A DNA stretch of 64,000 nt from Pirellula sp. GTDB lineage: Bacteria; Planctomycetota; Planctomycetia; Pirellulales; Pirellulaceae. The translations under genes and the position numbers were made by a program. The stretch's first letter is position 1. Each line of letters begins with the position of its first letter. Shown here in pieces: positions 7,826-18,632 of this stretch. The stretch covers positions 23,508-87,507 of the forward strand of contig JBIKLJ010000001.1 of NCBI GenBank assembly GCA_044359895.1, read 5' to 3'. A model generated the notes under the pieces. That model was not told the origin of the DNA. It did no database searches and saw only the letters and a list, made by a program, of their open reading frames with translations.

Positions 7826-9532
7826 GTGAGTGGGCCGGGCCACGAGGGCCAACGATCGCTGAAAGTGCCTCGTGAGAACAATACCTTCCTGTGTACTCCA
7901 CACGCAGGAAACGCTCAGAGACTGCTGCGCCAGAACCAATCTCAGAAAGACAGCCAATCCCAAGCTGACTGGATCCGGCCGCTGCAAACCTTGGCAAGGA
8001 CCCAAGCCCTTCAGGCGGCCCGCGATTACACCTCGACCTACGCTCCGCAGAGCATTTTGAACGCCGGGGCCGAACCGTCGAATTTGGTAGTCGGCGGCCA
8101 TCAACCCGAGCTCTTCCATCCGGGCGTTTGGTTTAAGAATGTTCTTTTGTCAAAGATCGCACAGTCGACGTCTTCGTGCGGCTTGCACGTCATCATCGAT
8201 CACGATTTGGCTCGGTTAGATGCGATCCGAGTTCCCGCTCAAAGCACTGCGACGATGGACAGCTTTGAGCATGGTATTGGATATGAGAAAGGCGAGCTTT
8301 ATCAGACAGCAATCGCACTTCCGATTCGATCCGATTTTGGCAATCGATTGCCATGGCACTTAACCCTAACGGACGGTACGGACCTTAGCCGCTGGAGAAA
8401 GGCCATTGACCAGATCGCTAGCGGTCTTGCTAGCTGCGGTGCTTTTGGCTCCATCGCTCAGGATAGGTTTCCGCTATTGAGCGAATGCCTATCGAAGTGC
8501 AAGAACTTTAGTGATGTGTTTTCCCAGTTTCGTCATCGGATCGAGATTGAACATGGGGTCTCGAATCTAGAAGTTCCGATCGGTTCAATCTGCGATGCTT
8601 CCGCCTTCGGTAGATTTGTGTACCATTGTGTGGCCGATGCGGATTCGCTCTGGAGCATTTACAATCGTTGTCGTTCGGAATATCGGCATCGGCATTCCAT
8701 TCGCAATCAAGCACAGCCAGTTCCCGAACTCTTGCGAGAAGACGGGATGCTGGAGCTTCCGTTCTGGATCTACAAACGCGATGTGGCTTCCTTCACGGAT
8801 CGGAAGCGGTTGTGGTTATTTGTCGATTCGAGTCAATCGTCTGACGAATATCAGCTAGTAGACCATCCCGATCCAGCCCAGCGAACGATTTGGTTGTCGT
8901 TACCCAGGGACCCAAAGCAGGTTGAATGGGCTTGGTCGCGATGGGTGGATGAAGGTGTCTGCATCCGCCCACGTGCCTTGATGACCACATTGTTCTTGCG
9001 CTGTTTTGTGGCGGATTTGTTTGTACACGGGATCGGCGGCGGGGCTTATGACGAACTCACGGACGCCATCATTTTGGCTTGGTTAGGCATGGAGCCCCCG
9101 GAGTACATCACGTGCTCCGCTTCTTTGCACCTGGGTTTATCGGCCAGCGGCGATGCACAGGTTGAAAGCATGCAGCGAGCGCATCGCGAATTGCAACTGA
9201 TGCGATCCGTTCCCGAGCGGTTTCTGGACACAACGCAAAGTGACCAAAAACAGCTGTTCGATGAGCACGCTCAGCTGCTGACGCATATTCCAGAGCGTGG
9301 TAAGAAGCGTGCGTGGCATGCTGAGGTCATTCGAGCTAAAGCACAGATGGAATCCGCAATCGCCGAGCAAAAGCGAATCGCGATCGCAGAACTTCAATCG
9401 CTTTACCGAACGCAACATCGGAACAAGATTCGCGATTCACGCGAATTTTCTTTTTGCTTGTTCCGGGAAGCGGATATCCTATCACGGTTGATCCATCTTG
9501 CCGATCAAGCGATGGATGTCTTGTCAAGTTAA
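7826..9532 (+). CDS. BshC-like putative ligase (conserved hypothetical)
   Basis: VVGGHQPELFHPGVWFKN, IIDHD, LFVHGIGGGAYD, a C-terminal coiled coil and REFSF. These occupy the same order as the TGQQ, GGPxE and QER blocks of BshC. The GTG start lies 1 nt after the GT2 stop. Confidence 0.6.
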   Translation: MSGPGHEGQRSLKVPRENNTFLCTPHAGNAQRLLRQNQSQKDSQSQADWIRPLQTLARTQALQAARDYTSTYAPQSILNAGAEPSNLVVGGHQPELFHPGVWFKNVLLSKIAQSTSSCGLHVIIDHDLARLDAIRVPAQSTATMDSFEHGIGYEKGELYQTAIALPIRSDFGNRLPWHLTLTDGTDLSRWRKAIDQIASGLASCGAFGSIAQDRFPLLSECLSKCKNFSDVFSQFRHRIEIEHGVSNLEVPIGSICDASAFGRFVYHCVADADSLWSIYNRCRSEYRHRHSIRNQAQPVPELLREDGMLELPFWIYKRDVASFTDRKRLWLFVDSSQSSDEYQLVDHPDPAQRTIWLSLPRDPKQVEWAWSRWVDEGVCIRPRALMTTLFLRCFVADLFVHGIGGGAYDELTDAIILAWLGMEPPEYITCSASLHLGLSASGDAQVESMQRAHRELQLMRSVPERFLDTTQSDQKQLFDEHAQLLTHIPERGKKRAWHAEVIRAKAQMESAIAEQKRIAIAELQSLYRTQHRNKIRDSREFSFCLFREADILSRLIHLADQAMDVLSS

Positions 9533-9558
9533 CATCGAGAAGTTTTTCGAGGTCCGAG

Positions 9559-10344
9559 TTACTTAGGATTCGTTACCAAACGTCGTGGGGCTTGCGTCAC
9601 CACTGAGGTTGGTTTCGCCTTCACCGACCTAGTGCTTTGCGGAACATCTCGTTGCACTCCTTCATCGAAAGATATGCCGGATCCTACGGCGACTTGGCTA
9701 GTGGTGTTTCGCGAACGCCTCATTGCGTTTGGATCTGGAATAGGGGCAATCACGTCAGGTTCGGGAGCCTTCTGAACCCTAGGCACTGCCGGAGTCGGTT
9801 CACCGCGAGACGCGGACGTTTCCGACTTCATTCCCTGTGTGGCAGGCTGGCTTGAAGGTACGCCAACTGTTGCGTGATGCGTTGTTGTATCGTGCGTCGA
9901 ACCGGAAGAGCAGGACGAGCATGTGCTTGAACCATGCGATTCAAAATGACCGTCGGCGCATGTCGCGCAGCCATCGTTTCCAGAAGGGTGATAGCGATGG
10001 CCCCACAAATTGCGAAGTCGGCCCAAGGCGGTTGGGAAGCTGCCGCAATGTTCACCCGTGAACTCGCCATTGCAGCCGCAAGGATCGCAGACCGGGGGAT
10101 CGTTGATATGCTCGTCCCAGTAAATTTCGCCACAGCCGGACGAACAATGGGCGCTCTTGATGCGATTGGCAACGCGTCGACCTACGCCAGAGAACGGGAC
10201 TTCGAACTGCCCGCAGCCGCCGCATCCGATATCGTTGCACGAACTCATCGAGCAACTGTCTCCCGCCATTCGAACGGAACAACATCCGACATGGCTCACC
10301 AATAGACCGGTCAAAACAAGCCATAGACCTAACGCTGATTTCAT
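9559..10344 (-). CDS. Cys-rich putative lipoprotein of unknown function
   Basis: Signal peptide ending HVG-C, 16 Cys in about the first 150 aa, a CSSGCGEIYWDE..DPPVCDPC block, and a Pro/Ser/Thr-rich tail. Confidence 0.75.
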   Translation of the reverse strand: MKSALGLWLVLTGLLVSHVGCCSVRMAGDSCSMSSCNDIGCGGCGQFEVPFSGVGRRVANRIKSAHCSSGCGEIYWDEHINDPPVCDPCGCNGEFTGEHCGSFPTALGRLRNLWGHRYHPSGNDGCATCADGHFESHGSSTCSSCSSGSTHDTTTHHATVGVPSSQPATQGMKSETSASRGEPTPAVPRVQKAPEPDVIAPIPDPNAMRRSRNTTSQVAVGSGISFDEGVQRDVPQSTRSVKAKPTSVVTQAPRRLVTNPK

Positions 10345-10488
10345 GTCGTCATCCCCCCGAGATTATTCTTTGATTTTTGCAAAGCTATGGCGTGGTTTGG
10401 CCTGGCTTCCCATCTGTGTATCGGCCGTCACAGTCGGTACAATCAGAAAATCTTTCCAGGTTTGATAGCTAGCACAAGATTGTGGTTT

Positions 10489-11136
10489 ATGACAATTCAG
10501 TTGATTCTTGATTCGCGATTGGTCGCCATCATCCGGCTTGATGATCTGAGCGCCGCCCAGCAGATTGCGGAAACGTTGATCGAGGCAGGTGTGCTGGCAT
10601 TGGAATTTACGTTAACCAATCCGCAAGCAGCCACAGAAGTTCGGAAACTTCGAGATTCGAACCGTCAGATTTTGGACGGCAAAGCGGCCATTGGGATCGG
10701 ATCCGTTCGATCGTTGGAGGAGGCCAAGATCGCGATCGACAGCGGGGCTCAATTCGTGGTGTCGCCCATCACGTCCGTTCCCATCATCGACTATTGCAAG
10801 CAGAATCGCATTGCCGTTTGCCCCGGTGCCTATACGCCTACCGAAATCGCAACCGGTTGGGAAGCGGGCGCAGACATCATTAAGGTCTTTCCTGCACGAA
10901 CGCTCGGTCCTGGGTACATCAAAGATGTTCTGGCTCCCATGCCTTATTTGAAATTGATGCCTACGGGTGGTGTGGACCACACGAACTTGAAAGCCTATTT
11001 CGACGCTGGCGCCGTAGCGGTTGGTGTTGGAAGTCAGTTTCTTGATCCAATTGCCATACAGAATCGCGATTGGGCGTCCATCGCACAGGTTGCAGCGCGT
11101 TATGTGACGATCTGTAGCCAGTCAGCACCCCGCTAA
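10489..11136 (+). CDS. eda: KDPG/KHG aldolase
   Basis: VAIIR, LEFTLT, IGIGSV, GAQFVVSP, PGAYTPTE, IKVFPA and LMPTGGV motifs. Confidence 0.93.
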   Translation: MTIQLILDSRLVAIIRLDDLSAAQQIAETLIEAGVLALEFTLTNPQAATEVRKLRDSNRQILDGKAAIGIGSVRSLEEAKIAIDSGAQFVVSPITSVPIIDYCKQNRIAVCPGAYTPTEIATGWEAGADIIKVFPARTLGPGYIKDVLAPMPYLKLMPTGGVDHTNLKAYFDAGAVAVGVGSQFLDPIAIQNRDWASIAQVAARYVTICSQSAPR

Positions 11137-12159
11137 GTGCCTACCAACATGATCAACATGTCAAACAATAACTCTTCTGAAAAATCTCGGTACGATGTGG
11201 TTACGATTGGCGAGACCATGCTTCGTTTTACACCAACGGGATTTACCCGGCTGGAACAAGCTGCAGCGTTGGAGTTGCACGTTGGCGGCAGTGAATCCAA
11301 TACAGCGGTGGGTCTTGCGAGACTCGGGAAGAAAGTAGCGTGGCTCTCACGGCTTACGGACAATCATCTGGGCCATCAGATTGCCAATGCGATTGCGTCC
11401 CATGGGGTGGATACCAGCCATGTAGTTTGGACCAAGCAAGACCGTATCGGATTGTACTTTTTGGAGAATGGAACTCCACCGCGCGCCAGTCAAGTCATCT
11501 ACGATCGAATGGACTCTGCATACTCACGCTTTCCCGTTGACGAACTCCCCGTGGATTTGTTTCAGACGGGGATTTCCAGATGGTTGCACATCACCGGTAT
11601 CTCATTGTGGCTCAGTCCCACGTCCAGAGCGTTGATCGCTAGGGCTGTTGAACTTGCTAAGCAGGCTCAGTGGAAGATCAGCTTTGACGTAAATCACCGC
11701 ACCTTGCTGTGTTCACCATCGGAAGCCCGCGAATTTTGTCAAAGCTATGTCGAAACCGCGGACCTAGTTTTTTTACCGCGTCGCGATGCGGTTCAGCTGT
11801 GGTCCTTGGATACCAATGCAACCGATGAAGCTGTGATGAACCAAATGTTGACCATGAGATCGGGCAAGCCAACCGTGATGACTTTAGGTTCACGCGGAGC
11901 CATGGCCGCCGATGCATCCCAGTCATTCATGAAGGCGGTCGTACCGGTCGAGCCCGTTGGGCGACTTGGAGGTGGAGATGCGTTTTCGGCAGGGTTCTTA
12001 AACGCCTGGCTTGACGAGAGCGACCTAGAACGTTCGCTTCGCTGGGCGATTGCATCGGCCAGAATGAAATACAGCATTCCAGGTGATCTGCCGATCTTTC
12101 TTCGATCGGAAGTCGAAAAGCTAGTCGATGGCGATGGTGCAGAGACGCTGGTTCGGTAG
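11137..12159 (+). CDS. kdgK: 2-keto-3-deoxygluconate kinase (PfkB family)
   Basis: IGETMLR, GGSESNTAVGLARLG, SFDVNHR and GGGDAFSAGF motifs; directly follows eda. Confidence 0.88.
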   Translation: MPTNMINMSNNNSSEKSRYDVVTIGETMLRFTPTGFTRLEQAAALELHVGGSESNTAVGLARLGKKVAWLSRLTDNHLGHQIANAIASHGVDTSHVVWTKQDRIGLYFLENGTPPRASQVIYDRMDSAYSRFPVDELPVDLFQTGISRWLHITGISLWLSPTSRALIARAVELAKQAQWKISFDVNHRTLLCSPSEAREFCQSYVETADLVFLPRRDAVQLWSLDTNATDEAVMNQMLTMRSGKPTVMTLGSRGAMAADASQSFMKAVVPVEPVGRLGGGDAFSAGFLNAWLDESDLERSLRWAIASARMKYSIPGDLPIFLRSEVEKLVDGDGAETLVR

Positions 12160-12197
12160 TTGTACCAGTCAGGGTGAACAGACCGTTTGCTTGTGGC

Positions 12198-13559
<1,362 letters not shown>

Positions 13560-13578
13560 TCAAAAACGTTAGCGAGAA

Positions 13579-14586
13579 CTAGTCAACGACTTTGGCGTCG
13601 ATCCACTTCATCAGGCCGCGAAGCTTTTGGCCAACCTTTTCGATTTGATGCTGTCGTTCTAGGCGGCGCGAAGCCTTGAATGCGGGTGCTCCCGCTTTGT
13701 TTTCAAGGATCCATTCCCGAGCGAACTTGCCGGTTTGGATCTCGGTAAGGATCTTCTTCATCTCGGCCTTGGTTTGTTCGGTGATGATACGAGGACCGCG
13801 TGTGTAATCACCAAACTCAGCGGTGTTGGAGATGCTGTATCGCATGTAATTCAAACCGCCTTGGTAGAGCAGGTCGACGATCAGCTTCAGTTCGTGCATG
13901 CATTCGAAGTAGGCCATTTCCGGTTGGTAGCCAGCTTCAACAAGTGTTTCGAAGCCTGCCTTGACCAGTTCGCTAACACCACCGCAAAGAACTACTTGTT
14001 CACCGAAGAGATCCGTTTCGGTTTCTTCTGCGATGGTGGTTTCGATCACACCACCTCGGGTTCCGCCGATTCCCTTGGCGTATGCCAAACCAAGCTTCTT
14101 TGTCAGGTCGGTTGCACCTGCCCCAAGAGCGATCAAGCAAGGGACGCCGCCCCCTTTGGTGTATTCGCTGCGGACCAAGTGGCCAGGGCCTTTGGGAGCG
14201 ACCAACAAAGTATCCACGCCCTTCGGTGGTTCGATTTGTCCGAAGTGCAGATTAAATCCGTGCGAGCACATCAGAACATTGCCAGGACTCAGGTTGGGCT
14301 TAATGTGAGTGCGATAAAGATCCCCTTGCACTTCGTCGGGAAGTAGAACGTTGATCAGATCCGCTTGTTTGGTAGCTTGATCGATTTCCATGGGTTGGAA
14401 GCCGTGGGAAACCGCGAGGTCGTAATTCTTGCTGCCAGGTCGTTGACCGATAATCACTTTGCAACCGCTGTCGCGCAGGTTTTGAGCTTGGGCGTGGCCT
14501 TGCGATCCGTAGCCAAGAATGGCGATGGTCTTATCTTTGAGGTGGGACAGATCGGCGTCGTTGTCGTAGTAAATGGTTGCTGCCAT
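13579..14586 (-). CDS. ilvC: Ketol-acid reductoisomerase
   Basis: [31 protein letters not shown] and SISNTAEFG motifs. Confidence 0.98.
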   Translation of the reverse strand: MAATIYYDNDADLSHLKDKTIAILGYGSQGHAQAQNLRDSGCKVIIGQRPGSKNYDLAVSHGFQPMEIDQATKQADLINVLLPDEVQGDLYRTHIKPNLSPGNVLMCSHGFNLHFGQIEPPKGVDTLLVAPKGPGHLVRSEYTKGGGVPCLIALGAGATDLTKKLGLAYAKGIGGTRGGVIETTIAEETETDLFGEQVVLCGGVSELVKAGFETLVEAGYQPEMAYFECMHELKLIVDLLYQGGLNYMRYSISNTAEFGDYTRGPRIITEQTKAEMKKILTEIQTGKFAREWILENKAGAPAFKASRRLERQHQIEKVGQKLRGLMKWIDAKVVD

Positions 14587-14720
14587 GTTAGGATCGCTTT
14601 TTATTATCGGGGGAAAGGATGAACTAGGGACTTGGGATTAGGAGACAACGAACGGACTTGGTCCAAGGGATCGATGGCTACTTGTGATTCATTTCATTAC
14701 GAAAATCGGCGTCAGTGAAA

Positions 14721-15251
14721 CTACTCGCGAGCGAGTTCGGCGGCATCTTCGTCCGGCTCGACATCGTTGGGGTTGCTGCCTCGCACCATGGCGATACGGC
14801 CTGTTCGCACGAGTTCTAGGATACCGTAGGGCCGCATCCGTTCGATGAAAGCCTGAATCTTGGTCTCGCGGCCCGAGATCTCAATCATCAGCTCTTCGGG
14901 GCCAACGTCCACGACACGCCCACGAAAAATATCCACCAGCTCACGAATCTCGGTTCGGACCCCACCGGAGGGAGCGCTCACTTTGATCAGCATCAAATCA
15001 CGCTCGACGTAATCTCGCGAGCTGATATCTTGCACTTCCACAACGGTCACGATCTTCTCAAGTTGCTTTCGCACTTGCTCAAGAACATGATTGTCCCCCA
15101 CGACGACAAACGTCATGCGAGACAAATTTTTGTTTTCCGTTTCTCCTACGGCAAGTGAGTCGATGTTGTACCCTCGCGACGCGAGCATTCCGGAGATGTG
15201 CGCGAGTACGCCAGGAACGTTTTGGACAACAGCGGAAAGTAGGTGCCGCAT
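14721..15251 (-). CDS. ilvN: Acetolactate synthase small (regulatory) subunit
   Basis: NVPGVLAHISGML..RGYNIDSLAVG, KQLEK, RDLMLIKV and ELVRTG motifs. Confidence 0.96.
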   Translation of the reverse strand: MRHLLSAVVQNVPGVLAHISGMLASRGYNIDSLAVGETENKNLSRMTFVVVGDNHVLEQVRKQLEKIVTVVEVQDISSRDYVERDLMLIKVSAPSGGVRTEIRELVDIFRGRVVDVGPEELMIEISGRETKIQAFIERMRPYGILELVRTGRIAMVRGSNPNDVEPDEDAAELARE

Positions 15252-15297
15252 GAAAGATTATGGGGGGTTATGGACACGGATAAAATGAAGACTGTCT

Positions 15298-16275
15298 TTG
15301 CAAATAAGCATTGCAACCTTCGGAGAGCTGGAGAATGATAATTCGACAAGCCATTTTTCTCAAGGGTTCACTTCATTGGTCCATTCGTCTTCCACTACCT
15401 ACGATTACCAACTTTTGGACTTTGGGCAGGGCCGCAAGCTGGAGCAATTAGGACAAGTAATTGTCGACCGGCCTTGCCCAGGAGCGAATGCGCCCAAGCT
15501 CAACCCGAAAGCATGGCAAAGCAGCCAGCTGGTATACCGTGATGGACCAGGGGGAGGATGGGATCATCAAGCCGCCGGTGGGGATACCATGGCGGGTATC
15601 AAGGAGGATTGGGAATGTCGCATTGGTCAAGTTCGTTTGGGGATTCGGCCGACCATTGCGGGCCAATTGGGTGTGTTTCCAGAGCATTGGGCGCATTGGC
15701 ATTGGCTTCGCGAGTCATTGGGGCTGGGAAAACAGGAGGTAGAACAAGAATTCGAAAAGCCAAGGGTGCTTCATCTTTTTGCTTATACTGGCGCGACAAC
15801 CTTAGCACTTGCGATCTCGGGATGCGACGTGACCCATGTGGACTCCTCGAAACCAACCGTCCAATGGGCTCGGGAAAACGCGGTCCGGTCCGGCTTGCAG
15901 AACGCAAGCATTCGGTGGATTGTGGATGACGCCAGTGCCTTTGTGAAACGAGAGCTACGGCGAAAACAGCAATACGATGCGATCATTCTGGATCCCCCCA
16001 CCTATGGTCATGGTTCCCAAGGGGATCGATGGCAGATTCGCCGGGACTTGGTTCCTTTGTTGTCGCATTGCTGGCAACTTTTGTCTGAAAATCGGAAGGC
16101 GGTTTTGCTTTGCGGGCATTCGTCGCATATCAGCATTCGCGATATCAATCAGGTTTTGGTGGCCGATTATGGTCGAAAGGGGGTCGGCAAGTGCGAGGTA
16201 TCGCAAGCGTTCTTGTTGGACTCGCACGATCGCAGGTTGGATTGTGGTTTTTCGGCCAAGTACAGCTGGAGCTGA
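15298..16275 (+). CDS. Class I SAM-dependent methyltransferase (RlmI/RlmK-like)
   Basis: YQLLDFGQGRKLE, GVFPEH, VLHLFAYTG, THVDSS and IILDPPTYG motifs. The true start is probably downstream of 15298. Confidence 0.85.
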   Translation: MQISIATFGELENDNSTSHFSQGFTSLVHSSSTTYDYQLLDFGQGRKLEQLGQVIVDRPCPGANAPKLNPKAWQSSQLVYRDGPGGGWDHQAAGGDTMAGIKEDWECRIGQVRLGIRPTIAGQLGVFPEHWAHWHWLRESLGLGKQEVEQEFEKPRVLHLFAYTGATTLALAISGCDVTHVDSSKPTVQWARENAVRSGLQNASIRWIVDDASAFVKRELRRKQQYDAIILDPPTYGHGSQGDRWQIRRDLVPLLSHCWQLLSENRKAVLLCGHSSHISIRDINQVLVADYGRKGVGKCEVSQAFLLDSHDRRLDCGFSAKYSWS

Positions 16276-16457
16276 CCCTGTGCAGCAATTTACGTTTTCA
16301 GCCCCTGGGCTTATCTCTTGGGCTTATCTGCGGGCGTTGCTAACCACAGACTGGGACGGTACGCGCTTTTCGACTTTTGGCGTACACTGCATCCGTCGGA
16401 AATTGCCTTTCCTGGGCGTTCTCGACCCTCAACTCTCGCAATCAAGGATGGCAAAAA

Positions 16458-17480
16458 TTGGCAAGAAATGAACAGCTGATTCGGCAACACAAGATAATCC
16501 AGATCTTGGAAAGACGACGCTACGGAGCTTCTCTCGAAGATCTCCGAAATTCGGTGGTGGAAGAATTGGGTTTGGGGACGTTGCATGTCCGAAGCATCCG
16601 CCGAGATATTGAAGCGTTGCAAGCCGCGGGGATGGGGATTGTCACGGAGGAAACGCAAAGTGGAAAAGTTTGGAAGATGAGCCGCGTCGAAAAGGGGCTC
16701 AACAAGATCACCATTACTTCAAGCGAGTTGATCGCGCTTTCCATGGGCCGGGACTTGTTGTTGCCTCTGGTGGGGACTCAGTTCTGGCAAGGCATCGAGG
16801 CGTTCTGGAATAAAGTTCGTGAACAACTTCCGGCTGGCGTTTGGGACCACTATCAACGTTATCGCAGAACCTTGGTCGTATTAGGGGGACCTGCTAAGAC
16901 GTACGAAAAGCAGCAAGGGATCCTGAAGACCATCAACCGTTCGATTCAAGAGCACCGCAAGCTTGAAATCGAATATGAGTCCTTGGGTAAGCCATTGTCG
17001 ACGAGAGTCCTGGAGCCCTACGGGCTGGCGATCTATCAATCGAGCATTTATGTGGTCGCGATCGAATCAGGGAAAAACGAGGACGACGATCCGCAAGATC
17101 GATTGCGCCATTGGAAGCTGGATCGATTTAGCAAAGCGACGGCACTGGATGCGTGGTTCAAGGCTGATGAAGAGGTGGATTTGGAACACCACCTAGGCAA
17201 GAGCGTTGGGATTTTCAGCGGCGAAAATCCTGTCACCTATACGATTCGATTATCGGCGAACGCTGCCAGATGGATTCAGGAAGATCCGTGGCACGCTCAG
17301 CAACAGCTGGAATTTCAAAGCGACGGTTCGTGCCTGTTGAGGGTGTCGGCTTACCATCCCATGGAAATCATCCCCAATGTTTTGAAGTTAGGCAATGAAG
17401 CTCAGTTGTTGGAGCCAGCAGAAGGCCGCAAAGAGATCAAGAAGGTCATCCAGCAGATGGCAAAAGATTATGCTTGTTGA
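16458..17480 (+). CDS. HTH-WYL-WCX transcriptional regulator
   Basis: N-terminal wHTH (RSIRRDIEALQAAG), WYL core (LEPYGLAIYQSSIYVVA...RHWKLDRF), and WCX tail (WIQEDPWH...VLKLGNEAQLLEP). Confidence 0.92.
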   Translation: MARNEQLIRQHKIIQILERRRYGASLEDLRNSVVEELGLGTLHVRSIRRDIEALQAAGMGIVTEETQSGKVWKMSRVEKGLNKITITSSELIALSMGRDLLLPLVGTQFWQGIEAFWNKVREQLPAGVWDHYQRYRRTLVVLGGPAKTYEKQQGILKTINRSIQEHRKLEIEYESLGKPLSTRVLEPYGLAIYQSSIYVVAIESGKNEDDDPQDRLRHWKLDRFSKATALDAWFKADEEVDLEHHLGKSVGIFSGENPVTYTIRLSANAARWIQEDPWHAQQQLEFQSDGSCLLRVSAYHPMEIIPNVLKLGNEAQLLEPAEGRKEIKKVIQQMAKDYAC

Positions 17481-17620
17481 ACCGCAGGCGCTAGCCGCGA
17501 TAGGGTCCAAACTGAACCGCAGGCGCTAGCCGCGATAGGGCTTTCCCTGAAAAATATGCGTAACGCGGCTAGCGCCTGCGGCTCAGGCAGATAGTAACGC
17601 GGCTAGCGCCTGCGGCTCAG
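17478..17620. repeat. REP/BIME-like cluster: two direct plus two inverted copies of TGA(A/G)CCGCAGGCGCTAGCCGCG
   Basis: Forward copies at 17478 and 17513 (both followed by ATAGGG). Reverse copies CGCGGCTAGCGCCTGCGGCTCA at about 17564 and 17598. Confidence 0.9.
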
Positions 17621-17699
17621 GTTAGTCCGAAAACGTTAGGCTTTACAATACATTCTCTTCATCAACACTTCATCACTTCAACAATCCGGCATCGACACA

Positions 17700-18428
17700 A
17701 TGACAATCCATCGGCCCGCGTTCACCCGACCTATCGTTCAAATTTCGCTCGACTTAACCAACATCGATGAGGCGTTGGAAACAGCGGCCCTGGCTATGCG
17801 GGCGGGTGTCGACTGGCTGGAGGCAGGCACCCCTTTGATATTAGCCGAGGGGCTGCACGGGATACGAGCATTGCGAAGTGCTTTTCCCGGGGTGCCCATT
17901 GTGGCCGACCTAAAGACCATGGACGGGGGCTACCTGGAGGCGCAAATGATGGCCCAAGCCGGAGCGACTCATGTGGTGGTCATGGCCCGAGCTCACGAAG
18001 AAACCATTCGCTGCGTTGTCAAAGCTGGCAAAGATTTTGGCGTGCAAGTCATGGGCGACAACATGATTTGCCCCGATATGGTGGCAGGTGCAAAGTGGTT
18101 GGAAAATTTAGGCTGCGATTATGTGATCCATCATATTGGATACGATGAAAGACGCGGGATTGCCGCCCGTGGATTGCGTATGCCCAGCCCGCTGGATCAA
18201 CTGCGTCAGGTTGTGGATGCCGTCAAGATCCCCGTGCAAGCCGTAGGTGGATTGTCGCTAGAACAAGCCATTCAATGTCCCGAGTATGGTGCTCCGCTCG
18301 TGGTATTGGGGGCACCGCTGACGATCGACGCGGATGCGTTCAAAACGGCGACCGGCGACTTAGAGGCTTCGCTGCGCATGATCTGCGAGAAGATTCATGC
18401 GAGTCAAGTGCGACAGCCCGGATGCTGA
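17700..18428 (+). CDS. HPS/KGPDC/OMP-decarboxylase superfamily enzyme (3-hexulose-6-phosphate synthase-like)
   Basis: VQISLD, WLEAGTPLI, IVADLKTMDGG, HIGYD and VQAVGGL motifs. Confidence 0.85.
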   Translation: MTIHRPAFTRPIVQISLDLTNIDEALETAALAMRAGVDWLEAGTPLILAEGLHGIRALRSAFPGVPIVADLKTMDGGYLEAQMMAQAGATHVVVMARAHEETIRCVVKAGKDFGVQVMGDNMICPDMVAGAKWLENLGCDYVIHHIGYDERRGIAARGLRMPSPLDQLRQVVDAVKIPVQAVGGLSLEQAIQCPEYGAPLVVLGAPLTIDADAFKTATGDLEASLRMICEKIHASQVRQPGC

Positions 18429-18488
18429 TTCTCGGGAGCGCATCTAGGCCTGTGCCCGCGGCTCATTTCGAACAAAGTGAGTGCCATT

Positions 18489-18552
18489 GGGCGCTAGCCG
18501 CGTTAAGTTCATTGCGCTAGAAACTTGGTTGCGGCTAGCGCCTGCGGTTCAA
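18489..18552. repeat. REP-like inverted pair
   Basis: GGCGCTAGCCGCG at about 18489 and GCGGCTAGCGCCTGCGGTTCAA at 18531-18552, the same family as at 17478. Confidence 0.85.
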
Positions 18553-18632
18553 GTTAGGACGAAATCATTGCTAGTCAACAGGTACCCAAGTAACTGATTC
18601 ATACGGTTAAGTTGTGGCGATGCTTGCTTGAG

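Noticed and set aside
9934-10305. 123 aa Ala-rich plus-strand ORF
   Set aside because: It is the antisense shadow of the Cys-rich lipoprotein (TGC codons read as GCA).
17478-17620. Regularly spaced repeats considered as a mini CRISPR array
   Set aside because: The copies switch orientation, the spacers are only about 7-13 nt, and the same unit occurs elsewhere as inverted pairs. This fits REP elements.
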